Source of the DNA: a virus
Strand: one strand, 5' to 3'
Length of the DNA stretch: 64,000 nucleotides
Virus record (IMG/VR): IMGVR_UViG_3300025438_000010
Location: 11,624 to 75,623 of that record
Shown: positions 9,887 through 18,341 of the stretch, one piece after another
How positions within the stretch are numbered: the stretch's first letter is position 1
How the letters are laid out: each line of letters starts with the position of its first letter
Program-made: the position numbers and the translations under genes
Notes under the pieces: generated by a model
Seen by the model: the letters and a program-made list of their open reading frames with translations, nothing else
What the model was told of the DNA's origin: nothing
Database searches by the model: none

Positions 9887-10168
9887 ATGGGAAACATGAC
9901 GGCACGAGAATTAGCGTTTCTAGGTAATGAAGGATTAGGACTAGACACCGCTATCTCATTCCACCTTACGAGCAATCACTTTCCGCCGGTACCGACGATT
10001 ATGGTCGGCGCGTGTGTCGAAGCGATAGACAACGCTAATGAAGGCGAGTGGGACAAGTTAGTCCAACTACCAGAAGGTGTGGGGTACCGGGGAAGGACTG
10101 TCGCACCGACAAAAGCGATCATTGAGCAACACCACCTTGACTCATTCCTAGACGACACCGAGGACTGA
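9887..10168 (+). CDS. hypothetical phage protein
   Basis: HLTSNHFPPVP motif; AAAGGA RBS. Confidence 0.7.
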   Translation: MGNMTARELAFLGNEGLGLDTAISFHLTSNHFPPVPTIMVGACVEAIDNANEGEWDKLVQLPEGVGYRGRTVAPTKAIIEQHHLDSFLDDTED

Positions 10169-10280
10169 GCGACAAGGAAGCCCCTGAGAAATCAGGGGTT
10201 TCTTTGGTTCCGTAAAAAACTGAAGCGCACGGTTATACAATAGAAGCATACAGGGACAAGCCCTGGAAAAGGAGAACGAC

Positions 10281-10622
10281 ATGAGTGATGTAGTAATTAT
10301 CAAAACTGACGGTACTGTCGAAGCCCACAAGTTGTCCGGGGATTCAACCGCCGACTTCAACCTCATCAGAAACGCCGTCGAGGGCTTTGTGGAGCGAGTT
10401 CCTATCTCTGACTACACCCAACTGATGTGGGTGAACGAGGAGGGCAAGTTGCGTGGACTCCCCCACAACCCGAAGGCTCAGACCCTCTGGGACTCACAAT
10501 GGGGAGCCGGAACTGACCGGATTGTGGGAAATGTGGTCATCACGGGTGACGACACCGAAGAAGGCGAAACAGGCACTCTCCCCGAAGGAGAAGCCGAACG
10601 GCTAGTGGCGCTACTGTCCTAG
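10281..10622 (+). CDS. DUF3846 family protein
   Basis: VEGFVERV...MWVNEEGKLRGLPHNPKA...IVGNVVITG. Confidence 0.75.
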   Translation: MSDVVIIKTDGTVEAHKLSGDSTADFNLIRNAVEGFVERVPISDYTQLMWVNEEGKLRGLPHNPKAQTLWDSQWGAGTDRIVGNVVITGDDTEEGETGTLPEGEAERLVALLS

Positions 10623-10755
10623 CCGACACGGAGAAGCCCCTGCTACGGCAGGGGTTTCTTTGTTCCGTAAAAAATGTAAAGGCGTGGCTATATAATAAAA
10701 CTACTAGCCCAAACGGGTTAGTAAGACGGGAAACATAAAACGAAAGGGGCCAGAA

Positions 10756-11196
10756 ATGGCTAGAAGTATCGCAGTCCGTATCAAGACGGAGAAGGTTATA
10801 GCCTCGCTAGAAGCCTCACTTGAGAAGATGCAGCACGACAAGGAGAACGAGAAGCCACTCAGGGAGAAGTACGACAAGGAGTTGGAGGCTTGGACTCAGA
10901 AGGTCAAGAAGTACGCTCTCACCATGCCCAAGCCTAAGGACATGGACATGGTCGCGGTTGGGGGAGGCTACTACCACCGTATTGCCTCGGACAACCCTGA
11001 GGATATTGCTGTTCAAATAGTCCTTGCGGTTCCGGCTAATAAGGTTCCAGAACGCCCCGAGGCTCCTGACGCTGTTGCGGCTTGGCAGTACCGTGATGCG
11101 GTGGAGAACATTGAGAACGCGCTCCGGTTGCTCCGTATGACCGACCAAGAAGAAATCAGCACGGGTACTTACAGCAAAATTGCTCAGTACCTCTAA
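10756..11196 (+). CDS. hypothetical protein
   Basis: Cassette ORF between promoter and hairpin. Confidence 0.7.
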   Translation: MARSIAVRIKTEKVIASLEASLEKMQHDKENEKPLREKYDKELEAWTQKVKKYALTMPKPKDMDMVAVGGGYYHRIASDNPEDIAVQIVLAVPANKVPERPEAPDAVAAWQYRDAVENIENALRLLRMTDQEEISTGTYSKIAQYL

Positions 11197-11319
11197 CGGC
11201 TGGACAGCCCCTCACTACGGTGGGGGTTGTTCCCGTAAAAAATATCGGGCACGGTCTATACAATAAAGACATACCGACACCGAGTAAAAGGCTGGGTGCG
11301 GTCTACTGAGGAGGTAGTA

Positions 11320-11649
11320 ATGATTATCGAGAGTGCGGTCAGGGATAGTTCCCTGGAGTTGTACCTGGACAATGCTCACGGCATTGCCTTTGACACCTGC
11401 CACAAGATTTATGTCTTGATGGACAGCGAGCAGATGGGTCTGATGCGGGAGTATGAGTATGACCCTTTGATTTCTTCAGACGAGATGACACCTGCCGAGA
11501 TGTACGAAACGGTGGCTGGCTGGTACGAGGAGTCTTGCCAACTGCGGTTTATCCAAGCCGTCACCACAGCCCCAGATAACCCCAACGAGGGCTATGTAGA
11601 TATAGTTCCCCAGTTCCTACTGTTCAACGAGGACGAGGACGAGGACTGA
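11320..11649 (+). CDS. hypothetical protein
   Basis: GAGGAGG RBS before ATG 11320; IAFDTCHKIY motif. Confidence 0.7.
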   Translation: MIIESAVRDSSLELYLDNAHGIAFDTCHKIYVLMDSEQMGLMREYEYDPLISSDEMTPAEMYETVAGWYEESCQLRFIQAVTTAPDNPNEGYVDIVPQFLLFNEDEDED

Positions 11650-11743
11650 TAAGGAGAGTGCCCCTCTACGGAGGGGTACTTTCCGTAAAAAGTGGCGTGG
11701 TGCGCCGATACAATAAAGACACGGACAGCAAAGGAGGACAATT

Positions 11744-11926
11744 ATGTCTGAAAAAGTGACGGTGGCACACCTGCCTACCTGTAACTTCTGTACCAACCTG
11801 GCAGGATATGACGCTAGGACGGTGTTAGGCGCGTGGGCTTACCTATGCGAGGAACATTTCTACCCCATGACCGAGGGACGGCTTGGGACTGGCTACGGTC
11901 AGAAACTAATCCTGGAGGAGGCATGA
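11744..11926 (+). CDS. small zinc-binding phage protein
   Basis: CNFC...YDARTVLGAWAYLC..H...LGTGYGQ. Confidence 0.7.
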   Translation: MSEKVTVAHLPTCNFCTNLAGYDARTVLGAWAYLCEEHFYPMTEGRLGTGYGQKLILEEA

Positions 11927-12069
11927 TGGCAATAGTAGTTAGGCGCTACGGCGTTACACCAACACGCGCCGGTCTGGTATCGACCTGCGTGGAGTGTGGG
12001 AGAGTATTCGACCTCACCGATGAAACTGACGCTAACGAGTTAGCCTACGGACACGACTGCGAGGTGTGA
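11923..12069 (+). CDS. small zinc-binding protein
   Basis: CVECG...GHDC; GGAGGAGG RBS, ATGA overlap. Confidence 0.6.
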   Translation: MMAIVVRRYGVTPTRAGLVSTCVECGRVFDLTDETDANELAYGHDCEV

Positions 12070-12167
12070 GTGACACGGCACGCCCCCTCTCCGGAGGGGG
12101 TGCTGTCGTTGTCCCGTAAAAAATTGGGAGTAGTGGGAATAAAATAAAGGTATCAACGGGAGGAGGA

Positions 12168-12344
12168 ATGATGATATGTCAATACTGTAATGAGAACCCT
12201 GTCCGGGAAGGCTGGGCTATCACCTGCGCCGTGTGTACTTTCATGTGTACACGGTGCAAGGAGGACACACCCTACGAATTAGGAGTGTCCTGGGATAGGT
12301 ACTGTGACCCCTGCGGTGTTGCGGTGGCTTCTGTCCCATTCTAA
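12168..12344 (+). CDS. 58-aa double zinc-ribbon protein
   Basis: Own translation: CQYC, CAVC, CTRC, CDPC; GGAGGAGG RBS. Confidence 0.65.
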   Translation: MMICQYCNENPVREGWAITCAVCTFMCTRCKEDTPYELGVSWDRYCDPCGVAVASVPF

Positions 12345-12463
12345 GCGACTCCCCCTCTCCGGAGGGGGTTTCGCCGTTCCGTAAAAAACATGGAGGGGGG
12401 CTTATACAATAAAGACATGACGGGGGGACACTAGGGCTTTCCGCATAACCTGAGGAGGACACC

Positions 12464-12802
12464 ATGGGTGACCGTTCGAATATCGCGATTGTCTACCACA
12501 CCGGAGAAACTATCTACCTGTACGGGCATTGGCTCGGGCATGAAAGTCAGAGGATTGTCGCACGCGCAATTTCTGAGGGCAGGCGAATGGAAGACGAGTC
12601 TTATTTCGCTCGGATTCTTTTTAGCAAAATGATTGCTGAGGACATTGCCGGCGAAACCGGCTTCGGTATCGCACCGTATGAGGTAGACCAGGACTACGGC
12701 AATCCCACAGTTACCGTGGATTTTCGTGACCACACGGTGATGCACGACAACTGGGATAACGCTGTCCCGTTCGCTGACTACCCCCGGCTAGTACTGGTAT
12801 AG
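12464..12802 (+). CDS. conserved phage hypothetical protein
   Basis: MGDRSNI...IYLYGHWLG N-terminus. Confidence 0.7.
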   Translation: MGDRSNIAIVYHTGETIYLYGHWLGHESQRIVARAISEGRRMEDESYFARILFSKMIAEDIAGETGFGIAPYEVDQDYGNPTVTVDFRDHTVMHDNWDNAVPFADYPRLVLV

Positions 12803-12916
12803 CCTGACGGGAGCCCCTCACTTCGGTGAGGGGCTACCCCGTTCCGTAAAAAATTGGCTACGGCATGGATACAATAAAGACAACAGCAGGGGAAATACCC
12901 CTACGGGAGGAGAGTC

Positions 12917-13252
12917 ATGGATACGGCTACGGTAGTAGGATTGGTGGCTACTACACCACGATATGTAGAAACTATTGACGGGAAGCGTGTTTTATCTTTT
13001 CGTCTGGCGTGCCCTCAGAAGGGTTACGACAGGGACACCGGCGAGTGGGTGCCTAAAGACACAAACTGGTACACGGTGCTGTGCTTTGACGATGTAGCAA
13101 GCGACTGTGTCGACAGGGTTGGCAAGGGGAGTCGGATTGTTGTAGTTGGTAATCTGATGAAAGTCACAGATTGGTCTGCTGACAGCCCCTCGGGTACTTC
13201 GGTAGAAATACACGCCCACACCCTGGGTAACCTGGGGAAGAACATATCCTAA
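12917..13252 (+). CDS. ssb: single-stranded DNA-binding protein (OB fold, no acidic tail)
   Basis: TVVGLVATTPR...SFRLA...YDRDTGEW...TNWYTVLCF...KGSRIVVVG resembles actinobacterial SSB. Confidence 0.8.
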   Translation: MDTATVVGLVATTPRYVETIDGKRVLSFRLACPQKGYDRDTGEWVPKDTNWYTVLCFDDVASDCVDRVGKGSRIVVVGNLMKVTDWSADSPSGTSVEIHAHTLGNLGKNIS

Positions 13253-13344
13253 CGGTAACCCCCTCTCCGGAGGGGGATTACCCGTCTCCGTAAAAAATCA
13301 CACGGTGCTTCGGTACAATAAAGATATGGAAAGGAGGTCAGCAA

Positions 13345-13548
13345 ATGTCTGACATAAAATACCCTGAGGTGGAAGTAGAACTGGTAGGACAGGACGGCAA
13401 CGCGTTCGCTGTTATGGCAAGAGTGAGCAAGGCTCTCCGCCGGGCTAGTGTGGCTCAGCAGGAGATTGACGAGTACCTCAAGGAATCTACCTCTGGGGAC
13501 TACGACCACCTAGTGGCAACCGCCACCCGGTGGGTTACGGTTCACTAA
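13345..13548 (+). CDS. conserved small phage protein
   Basis: LVGQDGNAFAVM...SGDYDHL motif. Confidence 0.75.
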   Translation: MSDIKYPEVEVELVGQDGNAFAVMARVSKALRRASVAQQEIDEYLKESTSGDYDHLVATATRWVTVH

Positions 13549-13676
13549 CCCCACACGGCACTAGCCCCTCTTCGGAGGGGTTATTGTCGTCCGTAAAAAA
13601 TGCGGTGAGGACACCATACAATAAAGACATAGACAAGGAGGCACTAGAACTCTTTGCTATAACCTGAGGAGGAACT

Positions 13677-13898
13677 ATGTACGAGGTCGAGACCAGAATG
13701 GTCATAACCACACCACGGTGTCCCGAGTGCGGAGAGGCTGGCATTCTCCAAATCCCGGCAGACGGCTACGACCGCTGGGCAGAGGGTGCGCTTATTCAAG
13801 AAGCCTTTCCCAACCTTTCCCTAGCCCTTAGGGAACAACTGAAGACCGGCTATCACGGCGCTTGCTGGGATACGGCTTTTGGACCCGTCCCTTTTTAG
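13677..13898 (+). CDS. small zinc-binding actinophage protein
   Basis: CPECG...LIQEAFP...REQLKTGYHGACW. Confidence 0.7.
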   Translation: MYEVETRMVITTPRCPECGEAGILQIPADGYDRWAEGALIQEAFPNLSLALREQLKTGYHGACWDTAFGPVPF

Positions 13899-14027
13899 CC
13901 CCACACGGCAATTCCCCGGCTTAGGCTGGGGTTTTGTCGTCCCGTAAAAAATGAGGGAACACGGGAATATAATAAAGACATAGACACCAAGCAAAAGGCT
14001 TAGTGTCACTACCCTGGAGGAGTACCT

Positions 14028-14303
14028 ATGAGTACACGGGCAAAGGTAAGGGCAAAAGTCCTTGCAGATGGTGGGACCTTTGAGGAGGGCTACACCGGCT
14101 GGGCAAGCGACACCTACTGGGTCGAGGTAACACTCTCCGATTCAGAAACGGTGTGGGCTTGTGAGGCGACAGAGTACGACAGCCTCTGGACCCTGAGGGT
14201 CGAGCAAGAGGATAGCGAAACTCGCGCTCAGATGTGGAGCTATGTCTGGGACAAGGTACGCTTTCCCGTAGTTCGCCGTGATAGCTTCTCACAAGCTGTC
14301 TAA
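14028..14303 (+). CDS. hypothetical protein
   Basis: Cassette ORF, GGGAGGAG RBS. Confidence 0.7.
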   Translation: MSTRAKVRAKVLADGGTFEEGYTGWASDTYWVEVTLSDSETVWACEATEYDSLWTLRVEQEDSETRAQMWSYVWDKVRFPVVRRDSFSQAV

Positions 14304-14428
14304 CCCCCAAGCCCCTGTCAGAAATGGCAGGGGTTCCTGGGGTGCCGTAAAAAAATTCTATCGAAGGTCGTACAATAAAGACAACGGCACACGGGGTACG
14401 CCTGTGAGCCACTACCTGAGGAGGCACT

Positions 14429-14542
14429 ATGAGTGACAACCCTTTCGACAACCTGGACATTATCAACCAGGACGCGATTGACGCGATGGATGACGAAACC
14501 GTCAAGACGGTTTGGGAAATCCTTACCAAAGCCGGCTACTAG
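14429..14542 (+). CDS. 37-aa acidic peptide
   Basis: Own translation MSDNPFDNLDIINQDAIDAMDDETVKTVWEILTKAGY; GAGGAGG RBS. Confidence 0.65.
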   Translation: MSDNPFDNLDIINQDAIDAMDDETVKTVWEILTKAGY

Positions 14543-14599
14543 GCGAGAGAGGGCGGGGAAACCCGCTCTCTCCCCCTACCCCAACAGAAAGAGGAAAGA

Positions 14600-14827
14600 A
14601 TGTTAGAAAGAATTACACGGGTAAATTACTACTGGAAAGACACGGTAATCCCTGGAGATACTGACGCACAAGTAGTTATCCTGAACGATAGCGACAAGTA
14701 CGAACAAATGTCTAATGATGGAAGTTTCGATGAGCGTATCTGGTTCTACTTTCAGAATGAAGATGAGTTCCAACGAGCCTTTGACCCCGCTAACACGGAG
14801 TTCGAGTTCGTCCTCACCGGAGGATAG
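14600..14827 (+). CDS. hypothetical protein
   Basis: GAGGA RBS, followed by hairpin. Confidence 0.65.
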   Translation: MLERITRVNYYWKDTVIPGDTDAQVVILNDSDKYEQMSNDGSFDERIWFYFQNEDEFQRAFDPANTEFEFVLTGG

Positions 14828-14968
14828 GTTTTCCTCCCAGGGAAAAAGCACAAGCCCCGCCATTTCTGGCGGGGTTTTGTGTGTCCGTAAAAAGTTAGGG
14901 GACACGGGGATACAATAAAAACATCAGCACGGAACAAGCGGTGTTCTGTGTCTAACCCTGGAGGAACT

Positions 14969-15124
14969 ATGTATTACTTTGTTACGGTTATAGAAAAAGC
15001 CTCACGAGAGATTGTGGCGACTTATCTTGACGCCTTTGAGTCTGACGCTCACGAGAGGGCTCAGACCATTGGAACCATTGAAGGCTACGCGGTGTTCATT
15101 ACTAGTGGTGACCCACTCTCATAG
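14969..15124 (+). CDS. 51-aa hypothetical protein
   Basis: Own translation MYYFVTVIEKASREIV...; GGAGG RBS. Confidence 0.6.
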   Translation: MYYFVTVIEKASREIVATYLDAFESDAHERAQTIGTIEGYAVFITSGDPLS

Positions 15125-15250
15125 CAACTAGGGGAGCCCCAGCTTAGGCTGGGGTTTCTGCTGTCCGTAAAATTCGATCGACACGGACGATACAATAAAA
15201 GCACAGACAGGGACACAAGGTTTCTGTCCTAACCCTGGAGGATAGCAATT

Positions 15251-15439
15251 ATGCGTTCACACGATGGATTGGCAGAATGGGCTTTGGAACAAGCCACCAC
15301 ACGGGAGCAAATTGCTCACCACATCGAGCGTTTGCGCGATGATGCCCTGATGATTCACGACTACCCCGAGCAGGCTATCGCCTTTATCGAGGACGAACTC
15401 CGTGAGATTCGGGTGCTACTGGCTAGGGATTCAGACTAG
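15251..15439 (+). CDS. hypothetical protein
   Basis: Cassette ORF. Confidence 0.65.
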   Translation: MRSHDGLAEWALEQATTREQIAHHIERLRDDALMIHDYPEQAIAFIEDELREIRVLLARDSD

Positions 15440-15556
15440 CCAGACACGGAACCCCTCTCCGGAGGGGTTTCGGTCGTCCGTAAAAATCGATCGAAGGACG
15501 GAATACAATAAAAACATCAGCACGGAAATACCGGGCGATTGCTGGGAGGAGTGGCT

Positions 15557-15763
15557 ATGCCCACTTTGGTTGTCACGGACACCAACAAGATTGGTGTCGA
15601 TGGTTTGGTGGAAAGGCTTGCCGACCACATCATTATGGTAGTCGATAGGCGCGGGTATGGTGAGCAGGACAATGTCCACACCATCACGCTTGCCGACACC
15701 ATTCGCAACACGGAGGCGCACGGGCTTGCCTGTCGCCTAGGGTTTCTCGCCCACATCGAGTAG
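15557..15763 (+). CDS. hypothetical protein
   Basis: GGGAGGAG RBS before ATG 15557. Confidence 0.65.
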   Translation: MPTLVVTDTNKIGVDGLVERLADHIIMVVDRRGYGEQDNVHTITLADTIRNTEAHGLACRLGFLAHIE

Positions 15764-15893
15764 CCCTGCCCATACTGTCCCCTCTCCGGAGGGGATAGTG
15801 TGCGTTTGCTGTCCGTAAAATTCGATCGAAGCACGGAATATAATAAAGACACAAGCACACGGGAACCCCTGTGGCTTACCTGAGGAGGAACTA

Positions 15894-15977
15894 ATGAGTG
15901 AAAATATGTGTTCAGGCTGTGGCGATATCTGCCGGGCAAGTGAATCAAAGTGCGGTATCTGTAGAGGGGGGTGGTGA
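15894..15977 (+). CDS. 27-aa Cys-rich peptide
   Basis: MSENMCSGCGDICRASESKCGICRGGW; GAGGAGG RBS. Confidence 0.55.
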   Translation: MSENMCSGCGDICRASESKCGICRGGW

Positions 15978-15980
15978 GAG

Positions 15981-16157
15981 ATGGGCATCACGGAAATGTT
16001 CCAACTGATTCGCCAAGTCTGGTCAGACTCTATGTCAGACAATGGCGCTATCTGGGAACGCTCTAACGCGGAACTACAGAATGCTAAGGCTAACTACCCC
16101 GACCTGTACGAAGAAGCCCTGGCTATGGCATACGAGGCGAGTGTGAATCAACGATGA
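15981..16157 (+). CDS. 58-aa hypothetical protein
   Basis: Own translation; fills the gap and overlaps the next gene by ATGA. Confidence 0.55.
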   Translation: MGITEMFQLIRQVWSDSMSDNGAIWERSNAELQNAKANYPDLYEEALAMAYEASVNQR

Positions 16158-16357
16158 GCCAGACACCAGACACGGCTTATGGGGTAACGCTCAGTTTCAC
16201 ATTCCACGAGCCACGGAACAAGACACGGGAAGAAGCCGAGCGCTTTATCAACGAGTATGTGAGCAGACTCGCCGAGAATGACGAGAGTGACCTACCCGAA
16301 GTCCGATGGGACGATGTGGAGTGGAACATCGTGGAACTACTGCCAGAAGCACAGTAA
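16154..16357 (+). CDS. hypothetical protein
   Basis: Coupled ORF ending before hairpin. Confidence 0.6.
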   Translation: MSQTPDTAYGVTLSFTFHEPRNKTREEAERFINEYVSRLAENDESDLPEVRWDDVEWNIVELLPEAQ

Positions 16358-16486
16358 GCCACAAGCAAGCCCCTGGCGAGAGCCGGGGGTTTTGCTGTCC
16401 CGTAAAATTCGATCGAAGCACGGAATATAATAAAGACATAGCACAAGGGCACAAGGTCCTAGTGCTCTAACCCTGAGGAGAAAGAA

Positions 16487-16807
16487 ATGCTGAAAGAGAA
16501 ACTGACCACACTGCCGGAGTTGTACAGCACGGACGAGACGAAGGGCGACCTGCCTGCTGTTTATGTGTTCACACCAGACGCTGGAGCGACCTGGGTGCTT
16601 TGGGAGTACAGCCCCGAAGAAGGACTGGCGTTCGGGCTGTGCGACCTGGGCTTGGGCTTTCCCGAGATGGGATATGTCTCAGTCCCCGAGTTGGAATCAC
16701 TACGCGGTAAGTTTGGCTTGCCTGTCGAGGTAGACACCAGCGTCACCACACGGTTCCAGGGCTACGAGAAGGCTGGAGTGTCGACCCCTGAGTACCTGAT
16801 GGCTTGA
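16487..16807 (+). CDS. DUF2958 family protein
   Basis: FTPDAGATW...FGLCDLGLGFPEMGYVSVPEL...GLPVE.D. Confidence 0.8.
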   Translation: MLKEKLTTLPELYSTDETKGDLPAVYVFTPDAGATWVLWEYSPEEGLAFGLCDLGLGFPEMGYVSVPELESLRGKFGLPVEVDTSVTTRFQGYEKAGVSTPEYLMA

Positions 16808-16916
16808 GAGCCGTACCCCCCAGCCCCCACTCCGGTGAGGGTTGGGGCAGTGTGCTCGTAAAATTCGATCGAAGCACGGGTTATACTAAAAACATCACAA
16901 GGGAAAGGAGACAATA

Positions 16917-17069
16917 ATGTCTTACACTTACAAAATAGTGTTTGTGATAATCACCCTGGGAGTGGTACTCTCTTTCCACGACACCTACTGGCCTTGGGCT
17001 ATGGTTCCTCTGGTGCTTTCGGCACTGGTTGGCGCTATTGGGCTCAGGCTCGGGGGTCGAGGAAAATAA
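16917..17069 (+). CDS. 50-aa two-TM membrane peptide
   Basis: Own translation MSYTYKIVFVIITLGVVLSFHDTYWPWAMVPLVLSALVGAIGLRLGGRGK; AAAGGAG RBS. Confidence 0.6.
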   Translation: MSYTYKIVFVIITLGVVLSFHDTYWPWAMVPLVLSALVGAIGLRLGGRGK

Positions 17070-17211
17070 GTTTTCCTCCCAGGGGAAAAGGCAGACCCCC
17101 TACTTCGGTAGGGGGTTCTGTCATTCCGTAAAAAAGACATAGCACGGAGAATATAATAAAGACATAGACAGGGAGACAAAAGGGCTTTCTGCTATAACCT
17201 GGGAGGTCATT

Positions 17212-17421
17212 ATGGCTAAGCAGTTTCGAGTCCTCGCAAGCAAGTCGGGCTTCAAGACGTTCGACTTCACTTATGACGCACACGAGGAGTCATACGCTCG
17301 CAAGGTCGCTAACACACTGAGCGATGAAAATTGGTCAGTGTGGTTTGAGACCCTCGATGACAAGCACCAGAGTGCGGTCATCAACGACCTAGACTTTGTC
17401 TTCGGCAAGACACAGTTCTAA
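17212..17421 (+). CDS. hypothetical protein
   Basis: Cassette ORF, GGGAGGT RBS. Confidence 0.65.
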   Translation: MAKQFRVLASKSGFKTFDFTYDAHEESYARKVANTLSDENWSVWFETLDDKHQSAVINDLDFVFGKTQF

Positions 17422-17554
17422 GGCGCACGGCAGACCCCTGGCTTCGGCTAGGGGTTTTGTCGTTCCCCGTAAAATTCGATCAACACGACTTGTAGAATAG
17501 AGATATCACAGAGAGACACTAGGGCTTTCTGGATATCTGGGAAGGAAACAAATT

Positions 17555-17746
17555 ATGTATCAGGTAAAAATCTTTACACACAGAGATGCCTCGCTCTTCG
17601 CCGAGTCTGAGACGTTCCAGACTAGGGAGGAAGCCGATGCCTACGCCACGTCTGTTGGCACGGGAGAGGGCTACTGGACCGAGATTCACCACTCGCAGGC
17701 GGTGTGGAGCAACTTCACATCACACGAGAGGCTTGCCCACCAGTAA
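17555..17746 (+). CDS. hypothetical protein
   Basis: Cassette ORF. Confidence 0.65.
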   Translation: MYQVKIFTHRDASLFAESETFQTREEADAYATSVGTGEGYWTEIHHSQAVWSNFTSHERLAHQ

Positions 17747-17869
17747 GCCCTCACCCCAGGACCCCACTTCGGTGGGGCTTCTGGCATTCCGTAAAATTCG
17801 ATCGACCCTAGGAATACAATAAAGACATAGACAGCAGGGAAATGCCCTGTGTCTACCTGGGAGGCACTA

Positions 17870-18091
17870 ATGGCTCACAACTACAAGGTCAATGGCTGGT
17901 TCGGTTCTACCACGGCAGGGTGGCGTATCGCCCTGGAGCCTGCTTTCTTCGAGGACATCGAGGAGGCACGGCTCTATGCCCAGGGACTCCACCTAGCCAA
18001 TCAGGAGGCTAACACGGAAGCCTACGAGGTCGAGGTCTTCAGACTTCGGGAGCGAGGTCTTGCTCTCCGAGTCCTGGAGTACAGCGCCTAG
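17870..18091 (+). CDS. hypothetical protein
   Basis: GGGAGG RBS before ATG 17870. Confidence 0.65.
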   Translation: MAHNYKVNGWFGSTTAGWRIALEPAFFEDIEEARLYAQGLHLANQEANTEAYEVEVFRLRERGLALRVLEYSA

Positions 18092-18341
18092 GACTACCCC
18101 AGGGACCCCACTTCGGTGGGGTTTCTGGAGTTCTTGCGCCGTAAAAATCCCGGAGTGAGATTGGTACAATGGAACCACACCACAAGGGAGCACAGGGCTC
18201 CTCGCGGAGCTCTCCACGAGAGCAAGCTCTAGCTCATCACCAGGACCCCACTTCGGTGGGGTTTCTGGCGTTTATAGGTTTTTACGATAAAGGTGTGTAG
18301 GGTAGTGGCAACTAACTAATATTTATTTCTAGGGGGGAATA

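Larger units (their letters stand above)
5540..18170 (+). promoter_or_regulatory. 28 dispersed copies of promoter motif CCGTAAAA-N18-TA(T/C)AAT-AAA
   Basis: Box starts at 5540, 5979, 6501, 7134, 7948, 8234, 9387, 10210, 10665, 11233, 11683, 12114, 12379, 12844, 13288, 13591, 13942, 14345, 14885, 15165, 15478, 15813, 16400, 16856 (TCGT), 17126, 17467, 17789, 18139; a TANNNT hexamer starts exactly 26 nt later in every copy. Confidence 0.9.
7097..18266 (+). terminator. series of GC-rich tetraloop hairpins closing most array cassettes
   Basis: e.g. 7097-7128 (GAAA loop), 10177-10202, 10632-10660 (cTACGg), 17093-17118, 17759-17781, 18103-18125, 18243-18265 (cTTCGg); all but the last lie just upstream of a CCGTAAAA box. 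Confidence 0.8.

Noticed and set aside
5540-18170. CRISPR array interpretation of the regular repeats
   Set aside because: Units are about 250-1150 bp apart, contain RBS-led ORFs, share only short boxes, and no cas genes are visible
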